This document shows, piece by piece, positions 58,143 to 64,000 of a stretch of 64,000 bases of DNA. The DNA is taken from the NCBI GenBank assembly GCA_964549595.1, contig CAZJWK010000001.1:35767-99766 (forward strand), given 5' to 3'. The translations under genes and the position numbers were made by a program. The stretch's first letter is position 1, and every line of letters starts with the position of its first letter. The notes under the pieces were generated by a model. That model saw only the letters and a list, made by a program, of their open reading frames with translations, was not told where the DNA came from and ran no database searches. The stretch comes from an uncultured Sphingobacteriales bacterium (GTDB lineage: Bacteria; Bacteroidota; Bacteroidia; CAILMK01; CAYYUA01).

Positions 58143-60710
58143 TTGCCATTTCACAAAAATATAAAAATTTTTTTTATCGGTTTGATCCTTTCTTTTGGCC
58201 TTTTCTTACCCTCCCACTTGAAAGGTCAAAAGGCAGACAGTGTTACCAATCATTCCAACAAAGCAAATTCCGGAATTGATTCCACCATTAACGTTTCAGA
58301 TACCCTCCAGCCGGATACGACCAAAATAACCCAATCAGATACCCTGATCAGTCCCTCTGCCCTGGAGAGTACCGTCAAGTACAAAGCCAAAGATTCAGTC
58401 CAGTTCAAAATTGGTGAAAAAACGGCAAACCTTTTTGACCAGGCCAAAATCCATTACAAGGAAATTCAAATGACCTCCGGGAAGATCCTTATGGATTGGG
58501 GCACTAATACCATTCATGCCCGTGGTCTCAGGGATTCAACAGAAGCATTAAACCAAAAACCGGTTTTCCAGGAAAAGCAGCAAAAATTCGAGGCCGATAG
58601 CATGGATTACAATTACCAATCCAAAAAAGGGAAACTCTATGGGCTTCAGACCCAGAAAGCTCAGGGCTACCTGCATGGTGAGGAGGTCAAAAAAGATCAA
58701 TACAATGTCACTTATGCCAGTAAAGCCAAATACACTACTTGTGATAAATCGCATCCCCACTTCTATATAGAGGCCAATAAAATTAAAACCATACCCAACG
58801 ATAAAATCATCTCCGGACCCGCACACCTGGTTATTGGGGATGTACCCCTTCCCCTTTACCTGCCCTTTGGTTTCTTCCCGAATACCAAAAAACATTCCTC
58901 GGGCCTCATTTTGCCCAGTTACGGGGAAGATCCGCAGCGTGGATTTTTCTTAAAAGGTTTGGGGTATTATTTTGCCATCAATGATAAAATGGACCTCAAG
59001 CTGGAAGGCAACATTTTCTCTAAGGGCAGTTGGCGCCTCCGTGGCGAAAGCAATTATAAAAACCGTTACCAATACCAGGGCCGTTTAGCCCTGGAATATG
59101 GAGTGGATAAAATCGGTGAGCCAACCGATCCCAATTTTTCCAAACAAAAAGCCTTTTTAATCAAGTGGAACCACAGACAAGCCCAAAAAGCAAGACCCTT
59201 TTCCAACTTCAGAGCAGATGTAAGCATCGCAAGCAATGACGCATTAAACCGGAAAATAGGAAGTTTGGATAAAACCCAAAAGAACCTCTTAAATTCTTCC
59301 ATAGACTACAGCACCCAATTTCCGGGCACGCCTTTTCAACTAAGCGTTAGTTCAAGCCACAGCCAAAACCTGGCTGATCATTCTTTCAATGTGACTTTAC
59401 CTTCTGCCGACCTGCAGATGAGCCGGGTGAATCCTTTTCCGGCCGCTGACAAAAGTTTTATCAAGAACATTGGCATTGATTATCAAGCTGGGTTTAAAAA
59501 CCGGCTGCAAACAAAGGATACCAGCCTTTTTCAAAGGCAAACCTGGCAACAATGGAATAACGGTATTCGTCATCAAGCCAATTTTTCAACAAGTGCCAAA
59601 GTTTTTAAATATTTCAGTTTTAGCCCCAACATTAGTTACCGGGAAAGTTTCTTTTTCGAAAAGGAAGCCCGCCAATATGACCCTGAACAGGATACCACGT
59701 TATCCTTTCAACGTAATGGTTTTTTCAGCGTCAGGAGTTATAACTTCAACAGTGATTTAAGCACCAATATTTACGGGACTTTCAACATCAATAAATTGGG
59801 AATACTGGCGGCCAGACACGTGATAAACCCCAGGCTCAACTTTACTTACAGCCCGGATTTTAGGGATCCTCGTTTTAACAATTTTACTTATTACAAAGGC
59901 GAAGGGGGCGAACAAAAATCCTATTTCCCGCATAAAGGCCCTTATAGCAAAAGGCCTGGTAGGGAACGCGGATCCCTGGGTATAACCATCGACAATAATC
60001 TGGAAATGAAGGTGAAAAATAAATCGGATAGCGCAAAAGACACCAAAAAGGTCAGTATTCTGGACCGGTTTACGATTTCTACCAATTATAATTTTCTGGC
60101 AGACTCGTTCCCTTTAAACGCCATTCGCTTTAACGCCAATACCCGGATCCTTGAAATGATCGATCTCAACCTTCGGGGTTCTATCGATCCCTATTATTTG
60201 GACCCCAACGATACCAATCGCGTAAACCGATTAAGCATCAATGAAAACGGAAAACTTGGCCGGGTTACCAACCTTAACGTCAGATTAAGTACCAGCCTGA
60301 ACCCAAAACTGCTCAAAAATGGTAAAAGCAAACCGATGCATTCAAGTTTTTACAGGCCTTTGAGCAGTATTCACTACGTGGATTTTGATATTCCATGGGA
60401 TCTTAGGCTTAATTACAACCTCAATTATAGCAAACCCAGTCTCAAAGGGGAAATTACCCGGAACAATCTGGGTTTGGACGGGGATATCAAGCTAACCGAT
60501 AAATGGAAAATAAGGGGCCAAACTTCCTTTAACTTCAGTGAAGGGGAATTTGCTCCTTCAGAAATCTCCATACACAGGGATTTGCATTGCTGGGAAATGA
60601 GCTTTCGCTGGCAACCGTTTGTGGAAAATGGTTTTTACATGTTCCGGATTAATGCCAAGTCTTCTGTACTCAAAGACCTGGAATACGAAAAGAAAAAGCA
60701 GAATTATTAA
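58143..60710 (+). CDS. Large outer-membrane protein, putative LptD-like LPS-assembly beta-barrel
   Basis: 855 aa with a signal peptide, an N-terminal beta-jellyroll-like region and a long amphipathic beta-rich C-terminus. Its size and cell-envelope neighbourhood fit LptD/OstA, but the family call is tentative. Confidence 0.4.
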   Translation: MPFHKNIKIFFIGLILSFGLFLPSHLKGQKADSVTNHSNKANSGIDSTINVSDTLQPDTTKITQSDTLISPSALESTVKYKAKDSVQFKIGEKTANLFDQAKIHYKEIQMTSGKILMDWGTNTIHARGLRDSTEALNQKPVFQEKQQKFEADSMDYNYQSKKGKLYGLQTQKAQGYLHGEEVKKDQYNVTYASKAKYTTCDKSHPHFYIEANKIKTIPNDKIISGPAHLVIGDVPLPLYLPFGFFPNTKKHSSGLILPSYGEDPQRGFFLKGLGYYFAINDKMDLKLEGNIFSKGSWRLRGESNYKNRYQYQGRLALEYGVDKIGEPTDPNFSKQKAFLIKWNHRQAQKARPFSNFRADVSIASNDALNRKIGSLDKTQKNLLNSSIDYSTQFPGTPFQLSVSSSHSQNLADHSFNVTLPSADLQMSRVNPFPAADKSFIKNIGIDYQAGFKNRLQTKDTSLFQRQTWQQWNNGIRHQANFSTSAKVFKYFSFSPNISYRESFFFEKEARQYDPEQDTTLSFQRNGFFSVRSYNFNSDLSTNIYGTFNINKLGILAARHVINPRLNFTYSPDFRDPRFNNFTYYKGEGGEQKSYFPHKGPYSKRPGRERGSLGITIDNNLEMKVKNKSDSAKDTKKVSILDRFTISTNYNFLADSFPLNAIRFNANTRILEMIDLNLRGSIDPYYLDPNDTNRVNRLSINENGKLGRVTNLNVRLSTSLNPKLLKNGKSKPMHSSFYRPLSSIHYVDFDIPWDLRLNYNLNYSKPSLKGEITRNNLGLDGDIKLTDKWKIRGQTSFNFSEGEFAPSEISIHRDLHCWEMSFRWQPFVENGFYMFRINAKSSVLKDLEYEKKKQNY

Positions 60711-60851
60711 GAATGCCTTTAAACCGGCTATGACTTTCAAAAGACCCACGGTAACGACTGTTCAGGAACATTTTTCATTAAAGAAGAATAGGAAGCGTTC
60801 GGAATTTTACCGATCTTTGAAACCATGGAATGAGCAGCAAAATTAACACAG

Positions 60852-62117
60852 ATGAAAAACGCCTATATCATCATCATTGGGGATGAGATCCTTTATGGTT
60901 TTACCCACGATCACAATTCCCATTACCTGGCTTTTCACCTGAACCAGGCTGGTTTGCAGGTACAAACCGTTAAGGTGATCAATGACGATAAGGAAACAAT
61001 CAAGGAAACATTCAGGGAAGCCCTTGCAAAAGCTGACGTCATCGTTGCAACGGGGGGTTTGGGGCCTACCCGGGATGACATTACCAAATCAACCCTTGCA
61101 GAAGTTTTCGATTGTGAAATCGTTTACAGTGAAAAAGCCCGGGAATATGTCGAAGCCTTTGTTCAGCAGCGTAATATGAATTTGGACAACCGAAATATCG
61201 GCCATACCTACATTCCTGCCAAAGCGAAGCCCCTGAAAAATGAACATGGCATGGCACCCGGCCTGTTGTTTGATGAAAACGGACAGATCACGGTCGCTTT
61301 ACCGGGTGTCCCATCGGAAATGCAGTACCTCACTGATGAGGAGGTCATTCCCTATGTGAACGACCATTTGAATCTACCGCCAACCCAACACACCCAATTT
61401 TTGACTGCCGGTATACCAGAAGTCATCCTACATGAAAAAATTCAGGACATGGAGACCCTTCTGCCTCAGGATATCAGTCTGGCATATTTGCCCGAATGGG
61501 GGATGGTCAAATTGCGCTTAACAGGCAGGGGCTATACCCATGAAGCTTTCCGGGAAGCCATTAAACCATTTTCAGACCAATTACACCAAAAGGTGGGAAA
61601 GTACATTTTCGGCTATGATGATCAAACCCTGCCTGAAGTGGTGGGTAATAAATTGCAAGCGCAAAATGCCACTTTGGCCACCGCGGAAAGTTGCACAGGC
61701 GGTTATCTGGCCCATTTAATCACCAGTGTTTCCGGTAGTTCGGCCTACTTCCGGGGAAGTGTCATTTCTTATACCAACCAAGTTAAAGCACAGGAGTTAG
61801 GCGTAAGTGACGCCACTTTAGAAAAGCATGGGGCCGTAAGCGAACCGGTCGTCACCCAAATGGTCAAAGGTATGAACCAAAAATGGGGTACGGATTATGC
61901 AATCGCCACCAGTGGAGTGGCAGGTCCGTCAGGCGGAACACCTGACAAGCCGGTCGGGATGGTTTGGATTGCGGCTGGTACCACTGACCAGGTGAGTACC
62001 CATTGTTTTCATTTTTTCAAAGACCGCTTTAAGAATATTCATTTTTCGGGAATCATGGGATTAGATATGTTGAGGCGTGTACTGGTATACGGGGAAGCGA
62101 ATTACAAAAAATCATGA
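60852..62117 (+). CDS. cinA: Competence/damage-inducible protein CinA (MoCF-biosynthesis-like N-domain plus C-terminal PncC-type NMN deamidase domain)
   Basis: MKNAYIIIIGDEIL ... ADVIVATGGLGPTRDDITK forms the N-domain. The C-terminal CinA domain is LATAESCTGGYLAHLIT. Confidence 0.9.
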   Translation: MKNAYIIIIGDEILYGFTHDHNSHYLAFHLNQAGLQVQTVKVINDDKETIKETFREALAKADVIVATGGLGPTRDDITKSTLAEVFDCEIVYSEKAREYVEAFVQQRNMNLDNRNIGHTYIPAKAKPLKNEHGMAPGLLFDENGQITVALPGVPSEMQYLTDEEVIPYVNDHLNLPPTQHTQFLTAGIPEVILHEKIQDMETLLPQDISLAYLPEWGMVKLRLTGRGYTHEAFREAIKPFSDQLHQKVGKYIFGYDDQTLPEVVGNKLQAQNATLATAESCTGGYLAHLITSVSGSSAYFRGSVISYTNQVKAQELGVSDATLEKHGAVSEPVVTQMVKGMNQKWGTDYAIATSGVAGPSGGTPDKPVGMVWIAAGTTDQVSTHCFHFFKDRFKNIHFSGIMGLDMLRRVLVYGEANYKKS

Positions 62118-62245
62118 GCCGGCATAATCTGCTTTTGAGTAGCAAAGGTATGCGGAGAGGTTAGGCATTGCATTTCACATTTATTGCAATAACATTTAAT
62201 TTTACACCTTCAAATGAGACGGTTTTAAAAAGAAAACAACACACA

Positions 62246-63682
62246 ATGACTAAGAAGGTTGAACTTTTGATGCCACAGCTTGGGGAAAGCATCCAGGAAG
62301 CCACCATTTTAAAGTGGCTTAAGCAGGTAGGCGATACTGTGGAAGCTGATGAATCGGTACTGGAAATATCCACTGATAAGGTGGATTCTGACGTGCCGGC
62401 ACCGGTTGGCGGGAAGATCGAAGAAATCAAATACAGCCCTGAGGATGTGGTGAAGGTCGGGGAACCTTTAGCGGTTATTTCAACGGATGAGGAAGTAGGT
62501 GATGATGTCAATGTGATTGAAGATGACGGAGGCGCTGCTGCCGAACCCAAAGAAGAACCTGTTCCGTCCGGGGACGGTGAAAAAACAGCAGCCGAAGCCA
62601 GTGCTGGTGAAGCAAAAGAAGCCGTTACAGCTCCTCAGCCTGAATCTACTGCTGCACCCGAAGCAGAGAAGCCCGCCAAAGGTTCCGGTAACCGATTTTA
62701 TTCGCCCTTAGTCCGCAATATAGCCCAACAGGAAAATATCTCCATGGGTGAATTGGACCAGTTGGAAGGCACCGGCAAAAATGGCCGGGTTACCAAGCGA
62801 GACATTTTACAATATGTAGAAGATAAAAAAGCAGGCAAAGTGGCTGCACCAAAAGAAGAAGCCCCTGCTGCGGCCCAGCCGAAGCCGGACGGCCAAAAAG
62901 CAGCCGCCGCCTCCACTGTGCAGTCAGGGCCTCAGCCCCAAGCGCCTGAAGAACCTGAAGTGCCAATCTACGAGGGGGATGAAGTTGTGGAAATGGACCG
63001 CATGCGGAAGATGATCTCGGAACACATGGTCCGTTCCAAACGAACATCACCCCATGTAACCTCTTTCGTAGAGGTAGACATGACACCCATTGTCCAATGG
63101 CGGGATAGCGTCAAAAAGGACTTTGAAAAGCAGGAGGGCGAAAAACTTACCTTCACACCCATTTTTGTGGAAGCCGTTGTGAAAGCCATGAAGGAAATGC
63201 CTGGACTGAACATTTCCGTTGCCGGTGATAAGATCATCAGGCGCAAGCAAATCAACATAGGAATGGCTACTGCCATGCCTTCCGGACATTTAATCGTTCC
63301 GGTAGTCCATAATGCGGACAATATGAACCTTATCGGCCTTGCCAAGAAGGTTAATGACCTGGCTAAACGCGCCAGAGACAACAAACTGAAGCCGGAGGAA
63401 ATACAAGGCGGCACTTTCACCCTTACCAACGTGGGAACTTTTGGTAATGTGGCCGGAACGCCTGTTATCAATCAACCTCAGGTAGCGATCCTGGCAACAG
63501 GCGCCATTCAGAAAAAACCGGATGTGGTAGAGACTGAATACGGGGACACCATTGCCATACGCCACAAAATGTTCCTTTCGATGTCCTATGATCATCGGGT
63601 CATAGATGGCGCTTTAGGGGGTGCCTTTATCCGAAAGGTCGGTGATAACCTGGAAAATTTTGATACTTCCCGGGCATTTTAA
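62246..63682 (+). CDS. 2-oxoacid dehydrogenase complex E2 component (dihydrolipoamide acyltransferase)
   Basis: It has a lipoyl domain (LEISTDKVDSDVPAPVGGKI), an Ala/Pro-rich linker, a PSBD (SPLVRNIAQQENI) and a catalytic domain with DHRVIDGA. The ATG at 62246 is the likely start. The substrate class (OGDH, PDH or BCKDH) cannot be resolved by eye. Confidence 0.9.
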   Translation: MTKKVELLMPQLGESIQEATILKWLKQVGDTVEADESVLEISTDKVDSDVPAPVGGKIEEIKYSPEDVVKVGEPLAVISTDEEVGDDVNVIEDDGGAAAEPKEEPVPSGDGEKTAAEASAGEAKEAVTAPQPESTAAPEAEKPAKGSGNRFYSPLVRNIAQQENISMGELDQLEGTGKNGRVTKRDILQYVEDKKAGKVAAPKEEAPAAAQPKPDGQKAAAASTVQSGPQPQAPEEPEVPIYEGDEVVEMDRMRKMISEHMVRSKRTSPHVTSFVEVDMTPIVQWRDSVKKDFEKQEGEKLTFTPIFVEAVVKAMKEMPGLNISVAGDKIIRRKQINIGMATAMPSGHLIVPVVHNADNMNLIGLAKKVNDLAKRARDNKLKPEEIQGGTFTLTNVGTFGNVAGTPVINQPQVAILATGAIQKKPDVVETEYGDTIAIRHKMFLSMSYDHRVIDGALGGAFIRKVGDNLENFDTSRAF

Positions 63683-63890
63683 ACAAATACGCCTATCAGG
63701 TTCCCTGAAAAGCAATGAAAGCTCACTGCATGTAGTCGCTTAACCCATAAAAAAGTCCGAAGGCGACTGATCCATAAAGGCAAAATCCTGACTTAAGGGC
63801 AGTCCGGTAAAAAGAGGAATGCTTCCTGGCTTAGCTTTTGCGCCTGTATGGTTTCATTGCTAATTTTTTGTGTCCACTAAAGTTGTGCTT

Positions 63891-64000
63891 ATGACCGATT
63901 CCTATCCATTTTATCAAGTCAATGCCTTTACCTCCGAAGCTTTCAGGGGCAATCCGGCTGCGGTCTGCTTGTTAAATGAATGGCCTAAAAATAACACCCT
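63891..64000 (+). CDS. PhzF-family (DAP-epimerase-like) protein, 5' fragment truncated by the window end
   Basis: MTDSYPFYQVNAFTSEAFRGNPAAVCL is the typical PhzF N-terminus. Confidence 0.55.
   Translation, partial: MTDSYPFYQVNAFTSEAFRGNPAAVCLLNEWPKNNT

Noticed and set aside
1-64000. CRISPR arrays, prophage, integrative conjugative elements, toxin-antitoxin or known defence systems
   Set aside because: There are no direct-repeat/spacer arrays and no cas, integrase, recombinase, helicase-nuclease or Walker-ATPase defence signatures. The gene content is housekeeping.

Overview
This 64-kb window looks like a chromosomal core region of a Bacteroidota genome. Supporting this: a roughly 288-aa primary sigma factor, a T9SS C-terminal sorting domain, the rpmB-rpmG-DUF4295-ftsY and rpmH-rnpA-yidD gene orders, a DUF3109 gene after recF, and a TAnnTTTG-type -7 promoter element. 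Coding density is high on both strands. Most genes are housekeeping: metE, upp, dtd, recR, rpoD/sigA, an SRAP/YedK peptidase, polA, tRNA-Pro(CGG), recF, tsaB, a Ctp/S41 peptidase, pyrE, fmt, recJ, lptB, tilS, bshC, ftsY, L28/L33/L34, an MlaD-like protein, an amidase, an LptD-like protein, cinA and a 2-oxoacid dehydrogenase E2. I found no mobile elements, CRISPR arrays or recognisable defence islands. Unannotated RNA and regulatory features I can support from the sequence: (1) a cobalamin riboswitch in the metE leader with a clear B12 box (GCCACTG); (2) a tRNA-Pro on the minus strand that the spurious ORF 25093..25368 overlaps; (3) a near-perfect FNR-type palindrome ahead of a Crp/Fnr gene; (4) a 22-bp perfect-stem bidirectional terminator. 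The loci most worth a second look are below. First, a co-directional minus-strand cluster of a CheR-PAS-histidine kinase with NEEL heptad repeats, a receiver, Crp, tryptophanase, a 4-Cys FNR-type regulator and an NnrS-like membrane protein. Second, a tandem pair of CBS-domain ClC channels whose selectivity-filter motifs are non-canonical in both copies. Third, a chimeric GT2 / truncated phosphoglycosyltransferase membrane protein. Fourth, a 3-hydroxyacyl-CoA-dehydrogenase-like protein that lacks the NAD-binding glycine motif. All functional calls rest on motif and fold recognition by eye, and no database searches were run.
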